DNA from: Rhodoferax sp.
GTDB lineage: Bacteria; Pseudomonadota; Gammaproteobacteria; Burkholderiales; Burkholderiaceae_C
NCBI GenBank assembly: GCA_043759735.1
Contig: JAYUQC010000070.1
Span: 10,985 to 74,984, forward strand
Length of the DNA stretch: 64,000 nucleotides
Reading direction: 5' to 3'
Position 1 is the first letter of the stretch, and each line of letters starts with the position of its first letter. The translations under genes were made by a program, and so were the position numbers. Shown piece after piece: positions 1-11,285 of the stretch. Below the pieces are notes generated by a model. It had not been told where the DNA came from. It worked only from the letters and a program-made list of their open reading frames with translations, and did not search any database.

Positions 1-253
1 TACCTGGTTCGACATAGGTGAGTGTCACCTGCTTGCCCGAGATCGACGTCGAGCTGACCCGCACCGCGCCCTTGGCGCAGGCGATCCACTCCTCGGGAGG
101 ATCGCCGCGCGCGCAAATCAGCGCGCCATTCGGATATCGCTTGACGTAGGCACATCGGAGAATGTCGTGTCGCAGGGATGGGGACAAGGAACTGAACCAG
201 CGACCGGAGTTGATCGCGGCGCGCTCTTCGATGTTAAGGATGGGCTCGTCCAT
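1..253 (-). CDS. Crp/Fnr family transcriptional regulator (5' part; runs off window start)
   Basis: Hand translation from ATG at 253 gives MDEPILNIEERAAINSGRWFSSLSPSLRHDILRCAYVKRY...ICARGDPPEEWIACAKGAVRVSSTSISGKQVTLTYVEPG, the start of a typical cNMP-binding domain. Confidence 0.85.
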   Translation of the reverse strand, partial: MDEPILNIEERAAINSGRWFSSLSPSLRHDILRCAYVKRYPNGALICARGDPPEEWIACAKGAVRVSSTSISGKQVTLTYVEPG

Positions 254-302
254 GGGCTGTCTTGTGGGTGACTGAAAGTTCGCTGCCCGATCTGGCACGG
301 AC

Positions 303-316
303 CTGATCTGCATCAA
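303..316. promoter_or_regulatory. FNR-type box CTGAT-CTGC-ATCAA
   Basis: 9/10 match to TTGAT-N4-ATCAA, about 50 bp upstream of the Crp/Fnr gene start. Confidence 0.5.
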
Positions 317-353
317 GCCCGTTCAAGCCGGGGTTGTCAACGTAATGGCTCAG

Positions 354-1874
354 TCAGATTTCCTCGTGCAGCAGGCTCAAACCGATAGCGCCGCGCCGGC
401 GCAGCCACGGACTGGGCCGGTAGCGTGGGTCGCCGTACACGGTCTGCATGTTGAACAGAACTTCCAACACATTGGTCGGGCCATAACGATCGCCCATTTC
501 CAGCGGCCCCAGGGGATACGCGAGGCCGAGTTTGACGGCCGTCTCAAGGTCCTGCGGCGAACATATGGCCTGCTGACACATGTCGGCCGCGATATTGACG
601 ATGGTCGCCACCACACGCTGTGTCACGAAGCCGCCGCTGTCGCGGATCACGCTCACGGCTTTGCCATCGCGGGCCATCAGCGCATGCGCGCTGTCGCGCA
701 TGTCGGCGCGCGTCGCCGGGTTGGTCGCCAGTACGCGGCGCCGGGTCGCGGCGTCGTCGACCAGCATGTCAATGCCCACGGTGCGTGCCGGGTCGAGCCG
801 TTCGACAACGGCCACGGTTGTCACATCGAAACCCAGTGGAGCTACCAGCGTCAACGCCAATGGCGACGGACTCGGCCCGGTCTCGATACTCGCCCCCAAA
901 TCTTTCAGCAATTGCAGCAACTCCGCGCGGCGCGCCGCGCGCGGCGACACCCACACCGGCGGCATGTTGTCTACCTGGGGAACCGCGGGTTCCACAGGAG
1001 TTTCGGCGGCACCGTTGGAATACCGGTAGAAACCCTGGCCCGACTTTCTACCCACCATACCGCCGGCAAGTCGTTGCGCGGCAATGACACTGGGTCGGTA
1101 ACGCGGCTCGTCGTAATACTGGCGGTACACTGATTCCATCACCGGATGCGAGACATCCAGTGCGGTCAGGTCCATCAGCTCGAAAGGGCCAAGTTTGAAG
1201 CCCACCTGGTCTTTCAAAATGCGATCGATGGTGGCGAAATCGGCGATGTTCTCACCCACGATGCGCAGCGCCTCGGTGCCATAGCCCCGGCCTGCATGGT
1301 TGACGATGAATCCGGGCGTGTCGCCGGCCTGCACCGGCGTATGTCCCATCTGGCGCACGAACGCCGTCAGATCGGCGCATACCGGCGCCGCGGTGCGTAG
1401 CCCGGCGATGACTTCGACGACTTTCATCAATGGCACCGGATTGAAGAAATGCAGCCCGGCACAACGTTCCGGCCGCTTCAATCGGGCTGCAATAGCGGTG
1501 ACCGAGAGGGACGATGTATTGGTCGCCAGCACGGCCGTTGGCTGCACGATTTCTTCGAGCGCGGCAAACAGACCCGTCTTGGCGTCGAGCCGCTCCACGA
1601 TGGCCTCGACCACAAGGTCGCAGGCGGACAGATCCTCCAGCGTCCCGGCGCAGGCCAGGTGCTCCTTGAAGGCAGTGAGCCGAGCGTCGTCCAGACGACC
1701 CTTTTCGCGCATCCTGTCCCATTGGGCGCAGATCTCGGCGCGTGCCTTCTCGCTGGCCTGCGGCTGGGTGTCGAACAGCAGCACGTGGCTGCCGGCCTGC
1801 GCTGCCATTTGCGCAATGCCGCGCCCCATGGCGCCGGTTCCAACCACGCCTGTGGCTTGAAATTGAACTGTCAT
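354..1874 (-). CDS. 3-hydroxyacyl-CoA dehydrogenase (PaaH-like, duplicated C-terminal domain)
   Basis: GVVGTGAMGRGIA Rossmann motif, VVEAIVE, ATNTSSLS, GLHFFNPVPLMKVVE, DTPGFIVN; start placed at MTVQFQ. Confidence 0.92.
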   Translation of the reverse strand: MTVQFQATGVVGTGAMGRGIAQMAAQAGSHVLLFDTQPQASEKARAEICAQWDRMREKGRLDDARLTAFKEHLACAGTLEDLSACDLVVEAIVERLDAKTGLFAALEEIVQPTAVLATNTSSLSVTAIAARLKRPERCAGLHFFNPVPLMKVVEVIAGLRTAAPVCADLTAFVRQMGHTPVQAGDTPGFIVNHAGRGYGTEALRIVGENIADFATIDRILKDQVGFKLGPFELMDLTALDVSHPVMESVYRQYYDEPRYRPSVIAAQRLAGGMVGRKSGQGFYRYSNGAAETPVEPAVPQVDNMPPVWVSPRAARRAELLQLLKDLGASIETGPSPSPLALTLVAPLGFDVTTVAVVERLDPARTVGIDMLVDDAATRRRVLATNPATRADMRDSAHALMARDGKAVSVIRDSGGFVTQRVVATIVNIAADMCQQAICSPQDLETAVKLGLAYPLGPLEMGDRYGPTNVLEVLFNMQTVYGDPRYRPSPWLRRRGAIGLSLLHEEI

Positions 1875-2207
1875 GCATTGGATTATTGATCGAAACAATC
1901 GGGGCGCCTGCAGCCGAGCCGGCTACCGGCGAGGCCGCGCGCCCGGCCATGCGAGAATATTTCCACATCATGGTCAGCCTGATTCCCATTGTCGCGACCC
2001 AACGGCTGCATTGCTCGCGAAGCGCGATTGGCCGGGCCGCCAGGGGACAGGACTTGCCTGGCGCAGGAAGTGCAGCGGCGGGGCTTCGACCTCAGGCACA
2101 ATCGGCGCGGGTCGCCTGCTACCGAGGGCCCCGGGATAATTTGCCAGTTTTGTCGCGTGGCCGCGCGGTGCCAGGCTTCTTGCAATAGAGACAATCGACA
2201 CTGATCG

Positions 2208-4361
2208 ATGCACATCGCACACTTCATTTCGGCGTTGCCGTACCGGTTTCTCCCGTTGCTGGTCTTTTTGGTCGGTCTGGAGAGTCAGGCCCTGACGCTG
2301 GGGCGCGTGCAAGGGGCGGCATTGATTGGCAGGACCCTGGATGTATTGGTACAGGTGCAACTCGACGTTGACCAGAGTGTCACCAGCGCCTGTTTTGCGG
2401 CAGATGTGTTTCATGCCGATACGCGGCAGAATCCGGACGGCGTCAGAGTGCGACTGGAGCCTGCGGCGTCGGGGCAGGGCGCCCAATTGCGCATCACCTC
2501 CGATAGCCGCATCGATGAACCGATCGTGACCGTGTATGTGCGGGCGGGTTGCGCGCAGATGACCACGCGGCGCTATGTCTTGCTGGCCGATATCGTTAGC
2601 GAGCAGGCGCCAATGCCGGTGCCGCGGGTGGGAGCGATGCCCCTGGTCGATACGTCGGCCCCGACTGCCGCTGGGATCGGGTCGGGCACGGGAGACCAAT
2701 CGTCCATGGCGCCATCGGCAGCGGGCGCTTCAAGCAGGCAGAGCGCCGGTGCAGCGGCGGCCCGGGCGGCACTGGCCGCCCGCAAACCGCGCGTGGCCTT
2801 CGCGCTTGTCCATACCAAGCGTGCCAATGCGCTGCCGCCGGCGGCGGTCAAAGCTGCACCTGCGGCTCCCCGGCCCGATGCGAAACTTCCCACCGCCCGC
2901 GGCGGAACCGGTCCGGTAGCGGCGTCGGCACCAAGTCGCGGCACTGGTCAGTCGCGCCTGAAACTTGATCCGCTAGAGACTTTGACTGAGCGGGTTGCCA
3001 CGGTGGAATCGAGCGCCCCAGCGGCGCCAACCGAGACCTCCGAACGCGAGGTCCGCGAGCTGCAACGCCTGGAAAGGCTAGAGACCAGTGTCAAGTCGCT
3101 GTTGGCTCTGGCGGAGAAGAACGAGGCAAGTCTGCGCGACATCCGGGCCCGTCTGCAACAGGCGCAGCCCGACCGTTTCAGCAATCCGGCGATCTATTCA
3201 CTGCTGGGCCTGCTGCTGCTGGCGCTGCTGGCCATCGCCTATCTGTTGACCCGTGTCAACCGCCGTCCGGAGGAGCCCGACTCGCTTTGGCTTTCCTCCG
3301 CGCAAGAGGCCGATGCGGGTCCGTTCGCGGCGCCCGTTGCCCGGAACGACATTGCTGCGCCCCCTGATTCCGCACTTTCGGCGCTGTCGACGCCTGCGCC
3401 ATTGTCGCGTCCGGCGCCAATGCAGCGGACCGATCGGATCCCGATTGAACCAACCCAGCCGATGCCGCATGACATCGGCACGCGTGGCGCTGGCGCGGCC
3501 AGTGCGCGGGTCGACGTGACGTTGGTTGAGATGAGCGAATCGACCTTTGACCGCCTGATGCAGTCCGCTGCCACGCACAATGCGGTGCGCCAGGCGCGCG
3601 ACACCGTTCCGATGGCGGTTGCCAAGGGCGCCCGCACATCCGCTACGATGCCGATGGCCCGGCGTTCACGTATCGATGCCGACGATCTGATCGACGTGCG
3701 GCAGCGGGCGGAGTTTTTTGTCTCGCTGGGGCAGACAGATCAGGCCGTGCAGGTGCTGGAGGCAAGGATCGCGCAGGATGGCGTGTCCAGTCCGCAGGCC
3801 TATCTGGACCTGCTCAGGTTGTTTCAATCGTTGGGTCTGAAAGCGGATTTCAACCAGGTGCGCGATGATTTCTGTCGCACATTCAATGCACGGGTGCCGG
3901 AATTCGCACAATTTGGCGTCGAGGGTCGGGCGCTGGAGGACTATCCGGGTGCGGTTGACCGGCTGATTGCCGCCTGGAATAGATCGGGTGTTGTCGAGAC
4001 CATCGAACAGATGCTGTTCCGCAGCAGTCCCGCGGATGGCGGGCCTGACACCAGCTTCGATCTGGCCGCGTTCCGCGACCTGCTGCTGGTGCATGCAGTG
4101 GCGCAAAGCGTGCGCGGGGGCGCCGCGGGTCGAACAGGTGCCTATACGTCATCAGCGATAGACATCGAATTGTCGCCCCAGGTCGATATCGATCTGTCCG
4201 AGCTGTTTGCGCCAGAAAGCGCGCCAACACAGGCGATGCAACGCTCCGATGCGGGCGACACTGGCACCGCCACAGTGCCAGCCACTACGGCAACGGACAA
4301 CCTGATCGATTTCGATCTGAGCGACGGCGCCATCGGCAAGACGTCTGGCCGAGGCTCCTGA
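2208..4361 (+). CDS. FimV-like membrane-anchored polar/pilus-associated protein
   Basis: Signal peptide followed by LTLGRVQGAALIGRTLDV (FimV N-terminus), Ala/Pro-rich linker, coiled coil, one TM segment, TPR-like RQRAEFFVSLGQTDQAVQVL and acidic tail NLIDFDL. Confidence 0.7.
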   Translation: MHIAHFISALPYRFLPLLVFLVGLESQALTLGRVQGAALIGRTLDVLVQVQLDVDQSVTSACFAADVFHADTRQNPDGVRVRLEPAASGQGAQLRITSDSRIDEPIVTVYVRAGCAQMTTRRYVLLADIVSEQAPMPVPRVGAMPLVDTSAPTAAGIGSGTGDQSSMAPSAAGASSRQSAGAAAARAALAARKPRVAFALVHTKRANALPPAAVKAAPAAPRPDAKLPTARGGTGPVAASAPSRGTGQSRLKLDPLETLTERVATVESSAPAAPTETSEREVRELQRLERLETSVKSLLALAEKNEASLRDIRARLQQAQPDRFSNPAIYSLLGLLLLALLAIAYLLTRVNRRPEEPDSLWLSSAQEADAGPFAAPVARNDIAAPPDSALSALSTPAPLSRPAPMQRTDRIPIEPTQPMPHDIGTRGAGAASARVDVTLVEMSESTFDRLMQSAATHNAVRQARDTVPMAVAKGARTSATMPMARRSRIDADDLIDVRQRAEFFVSLGQTDQAVQVLEARIAQDGVSSPQAYLDLLRLFQSLGLKADFNQVRDDFCRTFNARVPEFAQFGVEGRALEDYPGAVDRLIAAWNRSGVVETIEQMLFRSSPADGGPDTSFDLAAFRDLLLVHAVAQSVRGGAAGRTGAYTSSAIDIELSPQVDIDLSELFAPESAPTQAMQRSDAGDTGTATVPATTATDNLIDFDLSDGAIGKTSGRGS

Positions 4362-4457
4362 AGGCCCGCGCCGAGTCTGGTTGTCCCTGCCTGTGCGACG
4401 GCTCCATTGCCGATCAATGCGCCAGCGCAGCGATGCTCGCCAACTGCTGGAAGGGGT

Positions 4458-5465
4458 TTAGCGGCGAACCTGCAACGCACCTGGGTTGACGATGTTGCTG
4501 GGTGTACCGCGAATGAAATTGATCACGTTGTCAAATGCTTCGCTGAACATCCGCTCATAGTTGTCGTATTCGACATAGCCTATGTGCGGTGTACAAATGC
4601 AGTTCTCGATGCGCAACAACGCGTGTCCCTGCAGTATTGGTTCGGCCTCGAACACATCGACGGCGGCCATGCCCGGCCTGCCTCGGTTGAGTGCCGCAAT
4701 CAGGGCATCGGTTTCGATGAGTTCGGCTCGCGAGGTGTTTACCAACAGGGCGGTCGGCTTCATGCAGGACAGGTCGTCGAGTCCGACCATTCCCCGCGTT
4801 TCGTCGTTGAGCCGAATGTGCAGACTCATCACGTCGCTGTGCGCGAACAGTTCCTCGCGGCTCTGGGCGGTCGTAAATCCGTCCTGGGCCGCGCTCTCGA
4901 TTGAATTGGCCCGGCCCCATACCAGCACCTGCATGCCGAACGCCCGCCCGTAGCCGGCGACCAGCTTGCCGATCCTGCCGTAACCCCAGATTCCCAGCGT
5001 CTTGCCTGCCAGCAGATTGCCCAGCCCAAAATTGGCAGGCATGGACGCGGCCTTGAGGCCGGACTGCTGCCAGGCGCCATGCTTGAGGTTGCCAATGTAT
5101 TGCGGCAGGCGCCGCATCGCCGCCAACACCAGCGCCCAGGTCAATTCCGCAGTAGCCAGCGGCGAGCCTGTGCCCTCGGCGACCGCGATGCCGCGCTCGG
5201 TACAAGCCTGTACGTCAACATGGCTGCCGACCCGTCCGGTCTGGACGATCAACTTGAGCCGGGGCAATTTGTCGATGATGGAGCGGGTCAGGTAGGTGCG
5301 CTCGCGAATCAGCACCAGGATGTCGGCGTCCTTGAGGCGAATCGAGAGCTGACCCATGCCCTTGACGGTATTGGTATATACCTTGGCCGAATAAGTCTCC
5401 AACTTGGTCGCGCAGGCCAACTTGCGCACTGCATCCTGGTAGTCGTCCAGTATCACAATATTCAT
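4458..5465 (-). CDS. D-2-hydroxyacid dehydrogenase family protein
   Basis: MNIVILDDYQ start, GIWGYGRIG, LVNTSRA, AAVDVFEAEP, TPHIGYV. Confidence 0.92.
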   Translation of the reverse strand: MNIVILDDYQDAVRKLACATKLETYSAKVYTNTVKGMGQLSIRLKDADILVLIRERTYLTRSIIDKLPRLKLIVQTGRVGSHVDVQACTERGIAVAEGTGSPLATAELTWALVLAAMRRLPQYIGNLKHGAWQQSGLKAASMPANFGLGNLLAGKTLGIWGYGRIGKLVAGYGRAFGMQVLVWGRANSIESAAQDGFTTAQSREELFAHSDVMSLHIRLNDETRGMVGLDDLSCMKPTALLVNTSRAELIETDALIAALNRGRPGMAAVDVFEAEPILQGHALLRIENCICTPHIGYVEYDNYERMFSEAFDNVINFIRGTPSNIVNPGALQVRR

Positions 5466-5608
5466 GCCAGCATTGTGCCTTGCGTCTTCAGTGGCGCAAT
5501 TCGGTGGAGCACACCACGGTACCATGCGCGCACAAGGCGGTGTCGGCACCCATCTGCCCGGTTCGGGTTAGCATCCGCCCTCAGTCAACCAATAACCTAG
5601 GAAATCCA

Positions 5609-6124
5609 ATGTCCATCTCGATGTATTCAGCCAGTGTGCCAATCTGCACGACCATGCTGGCGAACCTCAGCCATTTCATCGACAAGGCCCAGGCTTTTGT
5701 GGAGGCCCGTAAATGCGAGCCGACCGCGTTGACCCAGTTCCGGCTGGCGCCCGACATGTTGCCGTTCACCCGACAGGTATTGATCGCGTGCGATGCAGCC
5801 AAAAATGGTGTGGCCCGGATCTCGGGCGCAACAGCGCCGAAATTCGAGGACACGGAAACCACATTTGCCGAACTCAAGGAACGCATCGCCAAGACAATCG
5901 AATTTCTGAAATCGGTACCTCCAGAGAGCATGGACGGAACCGAGGCAAGGGAGATCACCTTTCCGGTCGGCCGCGAAGCGACCCGCACCCTGGCTGGCGA
6001 GGCCTACTTGAAGCACTGGATGCTGCCCAACCTGTTCTTTCATGTGACCACGGCCTACACCATCTTGCGTCACAACGGCGTCGAACTGGGTAAAGGCGAT
6101 TTTCTGTTGGGCGCGGGCGCCTGA
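5609..6124 (+). CDS. DUF1993 family protein
   Basis: RLAPDMLPFTRQVLIACD and LPNLFFHVTTAYTILRHNGVELGKGDFL motifs; AGGA SD before ATG 5609. Confidence 0.85.
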   Translation: MSISMYSASVPICTTMLANLSHFIDKAQAFVEARKCEPTALTQFRLAPDMLPFTRQVLIACDAAKNGVARISGATAPKFEDTETTFAELKERIAKTIEFLKSVPPESMDGTEAREITFPVGREATRTLAGEAYLKHWMLPNLFFHVTTAYTILRHNGVELGKGDFLLGAGA

Positions 6125-6241
6125 GCTTGAAGTGGCAGGTAGTCGTTTCTGGCGACCTTGCCGCCACAAAACCCGACGCGCACGGCAGGTGCGCGACGAC
6201 CCCGCGCGGCTACAGGGTCCGTTGCGGCTAGTGCAACCGCC

Positions 6242-6607
6242 TCATGCGCGCAATTGCACTGCCGTTTCCCGCTCGACCATGCGGTCGAGCTCGGCACACA
6301 CGTCGGCCATGCGCCCGGACATGCGCATGCGCCCTGTCAGCGCCGTTGGCTGACCCGATTCCACCACACGCACCACGCGCAGCGCAGATCGCGCGTTGCA
6401 CCTTGGCTGAAGCATCGCCGCAGGTGATCGCGCAGCCATTGCACGCACCGGTCGCACGGCGACCCGCAGAGTCGCGGGCGATTGCCGGGTAGCCGGTGTT
6501 GGCGGCGAGGCAAACCTGTCTTTGGTAGGCGCAACCTGGAAATGGCGCAACAGCCGCCCCAATGGCGCCATCAGCCCGTGCGCGCCGAACATGCCGTGAT
6601 TCATCAT
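6242..6607 (-). CDS. Hypothetical protein immediately downstream of lexA
   Basis: GGAG SD 7 nt before ATG at 6607, 20 nt after the lexA stop; C-terminal GRMRMSGRMADVCAELDRM segment. Confidence 0.65.
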   Translation of the reverse strand: MMNHGMFGAHGLMAPLGRLLRHFQVAPTKDRFASPPTPATRQSPATLRVAVRPVRAMAARSPAAMLQPRCNARSALRVVRVVESGQPTALTGRMRMSGRMADVCAELDRMVERETAVQLRA

Positions 6608-6627
6608 GTAGTAACTCCAAGGCATGG

Positions 6628-7311
6628 TTACATCAGCATGGTGTTGCGGATCAGACCCACTGCCAGCCCTTCGATTTCGAAGGGCTCACCGGGCTCGACC
6701 ACGATGGTCTGATAGTCCGGGTTCTCCGGATGCAGTTCGATCAGGTGCTTGTTACGTTTGAAGCGCTTGACCGTGACCTCGTCGCCTAGCCGCGCCACGA
6801 CGATTTGACCGTTCTTGGCTTCCTTGGTGGCCTGCACGGCTAGCAGGTCGCCATCCATGATGCCTGCGTCGCGCATCGACATGCCGCGCACTTTGAGCAG
6901 GTAGTCGGGGCGGCGCTGGAACAGGCTGTTTTCGACATAGTAGGTCTGGTCAATATGTTCCTGCGCCAGGATCGGCGAGCCGGCAGCGACGCGACCGATC
7001 AGCGGCAAGGCCAACTGTGCAAGGCCGGGCAGGGGCAGGGAAAATTGCTTGACGCGGGATTCGTTGATGGAGCGCAGCGCCTCGCTGCGCAAACGAATGC
7101 CGCGGGAGGTTCCGCTCACCAGTTCAATGACGCCCTTGCGCGCCAGTGCTTGCAGGTGCTCCTCGGCTGCATTGGCGGAGCGAAAGCCCAATTCGGTGGC
7201 GATTTCAGCTCGGGTGGGTGGTGCCCCCGTGCGCGCGATGGCACTTTGAATCAGGTCCAGGATTTGCTGCTGGCGCGCGGTAAGCTTCACTTGGAATTGC
7301 GGCATGTTCAT
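6628..7311 (-). CDS. lexA: SOS repressor LexA
   Basis: [10 protein letters not shown]...PPTRAEIA...HLQALARKG wHTH; GRVAAGSPI cleavage site; GMSM (Ser) and VTVKRF (Lys) catalytic dyad. Confidence 0.98.
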   Translation of the reverse strand: MNMPQFQVKLTARQQQILDLIQSAIARTGAPPTRAEIATELGFRSANAAEEHLQALARKGVIELVSGTSRGIRLRSEALRSINESRVKQFSLPLPGLAQLALPLIGRVAAGSPILAQEHIDQTYYVENSLFQRRPDYLLKVRGMSMRDAGIMDGDLLAVQATKEAKNGQIVVARLGDEVTVKRFKRNKHLIELHPENPDYQTIVVEPGEPFEIEGLAVGLIRNTMLM

Positions 7312-7344
7312 CTGGGTTACTCCTGTCGGGCCGGCGCCCGGTTA

Positions 7345-7379
7345 CTGGTTTAAAAAACAGTAACTGTATTTTTAACCAG
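7345..7379. promoter_or_regulatory. Two tandem SOS boxes (CTG-N10-CAG)
   Basis: CTGGTTTAAAAAACAG at 7345-7360 and CTGTATTTTTAACCAG at 7364-7379, directly upstream of lexA. Confidence 0.9.
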
Positions 7380-7399
7380 TTTTCAATTTAATGCAAGCC

Positions 7400-8440
7400 A
7401 TGGCTGAATCTTTTCCCACAAAAATCGTTGTACTGGGGACCGGCGGCACGATTGCCGGCTTGGCCGCTGACCCGCAGGACAATGTCGGCTATTCCTCGGC
7501 GCAGGTCGGAATCATGCAATTGCTGGACGGTCTGCCGCTCGGCCACCGACCCGGCGCCGAGTTGGTTTGCGAGCAGGTGGCGCAGATCGACAGCAAGGAC
7601 ATGAGCTTTGCGGTATGGGTGGCGTTGGCGCGGCGTTGCCGGTTCTGGCTCGATGACCCTCAGGTTGCGGGCATCGTCGTCACGCATGGCACTGACACCA
7701 TGGAGGAAACTGCGTTTTTCCTGCACGCGGTGTTGCAGCGACCGGCCGCTATGGACAAACCGGTGGTACTGACCGGTGCGATGCGACCCGCATCGGCGCT
7801 CGTGCCCGATGGCCCTCAGAACTTGTCGGACGCGATGGCGGTTGCCGGCGATGCGCGCGCGTGTGGCGTGTTGGTGGTGTTTGCCGGCATGGTGCATGGC
7901 CCTGTCGACGTACACAAATGGCATCCGTATCGGGTGGACGCGTTTTCCAGTGGTGAAGCCGGGGCCATGGGCATGGTCGAGGAAGGGTGCTTGCGCCTGC
8001 TCCAGCGCATGCCGCCTGGCAGGCTGGACGCCCTGGAAACGGTTGGCAATGACTATCCCGGGCGAACCGATCACGTCGCCTGGAGCAGGCTGCTACAACC
8101 TGGAATGCAGTGGCCGCGGGTTGAGATCGTAACCAGCCATGCGGGAGCCGATGGCCTGGTCGTGGACGCAATGCTGGCGGTTGCCGGTTCCAATGCTTAT
8201 CCGTTGCGTGGCATCATCGTTGCCGGAACCGGCAATGGCAGCGTGCATCAGGAACTGGAGGCTGCCCTGATGCGCGCGCGGGCTGCTGGCGTCATCGTGA
8301 AGCGGTCAAGCCGATGTGCAGGTAGCCATATGGTTGCCAATCCCGCGGCCAGTTTGCCCGACGCCGGCGGCTTGTCGCCCGCCAAGGCGCGGATTGCCTT
8401 GATGCTCGACCTGCTCGCCTCGGACGCCGAATTGGCGTGA
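7400..8440 (+). CDS. Asparaginase
   Basis: GTGGTIAG, IDSKDM, VVTHGTDTMEETA, VLTGAMRP, GTGNG motifs. Confidence 0.92.
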   Translation: MAESFPTKIVVLGTGGTIAGLAADPQDNVGYSSAQVGIMQLLDGLPLGHRPGAELVCEQVAQIDSKDMSFAVWVALARRCRFWLDDPQVAGIVVTHGTDTMEETAFFLHAVLQRPAAMDKPVVLTGAMRPASALVPDGPQNLSDAMAVAGDARACGVLVVFAGMVHGPVDVHKWHPYRVDAFSSGEAGAMGMVEEGCLRLLQRMPPGRLDALETVGNDYPGRTDHVAWSRLLQPGMQWPRVEIVTSHAGADGLVVDAMLAVAGSNAYPLRGIIVAGTGNGSVHQELEAALMRARAAGVIVKRSSRCAGSHMVANPAASLPDAGGLSPAKARIALMLDLLASDAELA

Positions 8441-8471
8441 AGATCGGACGGTCAAGCCGGTCGCGGCCAGG

Positions 8472-9146
<675 letters not shown>

Positions 9147-9235
9147 CTACGCCAGTAGCGCTAGTACCTATCGGGGACTGCGCCGCTCGGAAGCTGGCGC
9201 AAGAATAGCATGCCGGTCCACTCACCAGTCTTGCG

Positions 9236-10063
9236 CTATCGGCCGCGAAAGATCTGCCGCACCCGCTCCAGATCCTCGGGCGTATCGATCCCGGCGCCAG
9301 GGTCTGCGTCGGTCACGTGCACGGCGATGCGATGGCCATGCCACAGCGCACGCAGTTGTTCGAGCGCTTCGGTTCGTTCCAGCGGAGCCGGCGGCAGTTG
9401 TGGAAACAGGCGCAGGAAACCCGCGCGGTAGCCGTAGATGCCGATGTGGCGCAGAGGTGCCGCCTGGCGCATCAACGCGTTGTCCTGGTCCTGCCACCAG
9501 GCGACATCGAGGTGATCACGGGCCATTGGTATCGGTGAGCGGCTGAAGTACAGGGCAAAGCCGCGGGCATCGCAAACGACCTTGACGATGTTGGGGTTGC
9601 GGTACTCGTCCAGTGATGCAATCACGTGCGCCGCAGTGCTCATGCTGGCCTGTGCATGGCGCTGCAGCAGTGCAGCGACCGCGCCGGCCAGATGCGGGTC
9701 GATCAGGGGCTCGTCGCCTTGCACATTGACCACGATCTGCGCGTCGTTCAGACCGAGCAGATCACAGGCTTCGGCCAGTCGGTCACTGCCCGAGGCATGG
9801 TCCGTACGGGTCAGCACCGATTCAACGCCGTGGCGCGCGCAGGCCTGGATGATCGAGTTGTCGTCCGCTGCAACCACGACCCGCGCCGACCCCGTGGCGA
9901 CGCTGCCCACCCGTTGCGCGACCCGCACTACCATCGGAATACCGGCAATCTCCGCCAGTGGCTTGTTGGGCAGGCGGGTCGACGCCAGGCGCGCCGGGAT
10001 CAGAACGGTGAATGGCGCGGCGGTCTTGTGCTCCGACACACCGCCCGGCATGGCGCCGGTCAC
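9236..10063 (-). CDS. kdsB: 3-deoxy-manno-octulosonate cytidylyltransferase
   Basis: [35 protein letters not shown]; exact start uncertain (GTG overlapping the upstream stop was chosen). Confidence 0.95.
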   Translation of the reverse strand: MTGAMPGGVSEHKTAAPFTVLIPARLASTRLPNKPLAEIAGIPMVVRVAQRVGSVATGSARVVVAADDNSIIQACARHGVESVLTRTDHASGSDRLAEACDLLGLNDAQIVVNVQGDEPLIDPHLAGAVAALLQRHAQASMSTAAHVIASLDEYRNPNIVKVVCDARGFALYFSRSPIPMARDHLDVAWWQDQDNALMRQAAPLRHIGIYGYRAGFLRLFPQLPPAPLERTEALEQLRALWHGHRIAVHVTDADPGAGIDTPEDLERVRQIFRGR

Positions 10064-10242
10064 AGGCCCAACTCTTCGTCGGTTAGCGTGCGCGCTTCGT
10101 TTTCGAGCAGGACCGGAATCCCGTCGCGCACCGGATAGGCCAGCCGGGCGCTGCGCGAGATTAGCTCCTGTCGCGCCCGGTCGTATTCCAGCGGACCTTT
10201 GGTGACCGGGCAGACGAGCAATTCAAGCAGGCGAGTGTCCAT
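10060..10242 (-). CDS. Trm112 family protein (YcaR-like)
   Basis: [18 protein letters not shown]...[12 protein letters not shown]; canonical position between lpxK and kdsB. Confidence 0.93.
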   Translation of the reverse strand: MDTRLLELLVCPVTKGPLEYDRARQELISRSARLAYPVRDGIPVLLENEARTLTDEELGL

Positions 10243-11281
10243 GGCTGGATGATAACTTTGTGCGTACCTGTTCCGTGCCGCGCTGGTGCAGCAGCTGCTC
10301 CAGCGCTGCCCAGAACGACTGTTCCAGGTTGACGACCAGAGGCACGGCCAGTGCGTCGGGCCGATGGCGCCACAGCTTGACGGCATCCTTTTCCGTGCAC
10401 AGCAAAATGTGGTCGTCGGCGCGGTCCCAATGCACGGCGTCGTACGACGCATGGTCGCGGAGGGGCAGGGTGCTCGCCAACGGCAGTCCACGCGAGCGCA
10501 GCATCCGGAAGAACGCCTGCGGATGTGCGATACCTGCCACGGCAATGATCGGCCTCGCCTTGCTGGAGTTGGCCGCGGCCAGAGTATGCAGTGGTAGCTG
10601 GGAGCCGTCTGCGCGCACCGCGTGGTCAGCCAGCTCCCGTCGCACACGATGCACGGACAGACCCGGGGTTTGCAGGCTTGATGACACCACCAGATCGGTG
10701 GGGCGGGGCCAGGGTTCACGCAGCGGCCCGGCGGGCAACAGGAATCCGTTGCCGATGCCCCGGTCATCGAAAAGGCAAATATCGATGTCGCGGTGTAGCG
10801 CGTGGTGCTGCAGCCCATCGTCGCAGACAAGCAGGTCCAGTTCAGGATGCGCCGCCAGCAGGGCCTGCGCCGCCTCGACCCGGACCTCGGCGACCCCCAC
10901 CGGTACCTGGGTCCGGCGATGGATCAGCAGTGGCTCATCGCCGACGTCCTCGGCCAGCGCGTCGACCGTAACCAGGCGGCAATCCCGGGCACTGCGTCCG
11001 TAACCGCGCGACACCACACCCGGCCGCAATCCCAGCGCATGCAGGTGCTGCACCAGCGCAATGACGAGTGGTGTTTTTCCGGCGCCGCCAGCCACCACAT
11101 TGCCGACCACGATCACCGGTACCCCGACCCGATGCACGGCCAACAATCCGCGCCGGTACAACTGCTGGCGCAATTGCCACACTAGCCGGTACGCCAGGGA
11201 CAGCGGCCATAGCAGCCGCGCCAGCCAGCCGCGCCGAGTCCAGGCATCCTGCAGTGTCTGGCGCACCGCGATGCCGGCCAT
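10223..11281 (-). CDS. lpxK: Tetraacyldisaccharide 4'-kinase
   Basis: [46 protein letters not shown]. Confidence 0.96.
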   Translation of the reverse strand: MAGIAVRQTLQDAWTRRGWLARLLWPLSLAYRLVWQLRQQLYRRGLLAVHRVGVPVIVVGNVVAGGAGKTPLVIALVQHLHALGLRPGVVSRGYGRSARDCRLVTVDALAEDVGDEPLLIHRRTQVPVGVAEVRVEAAQALLAAHPELDLLVCDDGLQHHALHRDIDICLFDDRGIGNGFLLPAGPLREPWPRPTDLVVSSSLQTPGLSVHRVRRELADHAVRADGSQLPLHTLAAANSSKARPIIAVAGIAHPQAFFRMLRSRGLPLASTLPLRDHASYDAVHWDRADDHILLCTEKDAVKLWRHRPDALAVPLVVNLEQSFWAALEQLLHQRGTEQVRTKLSSSHGHSPA

Positions 11282-11285
11282 CGCG

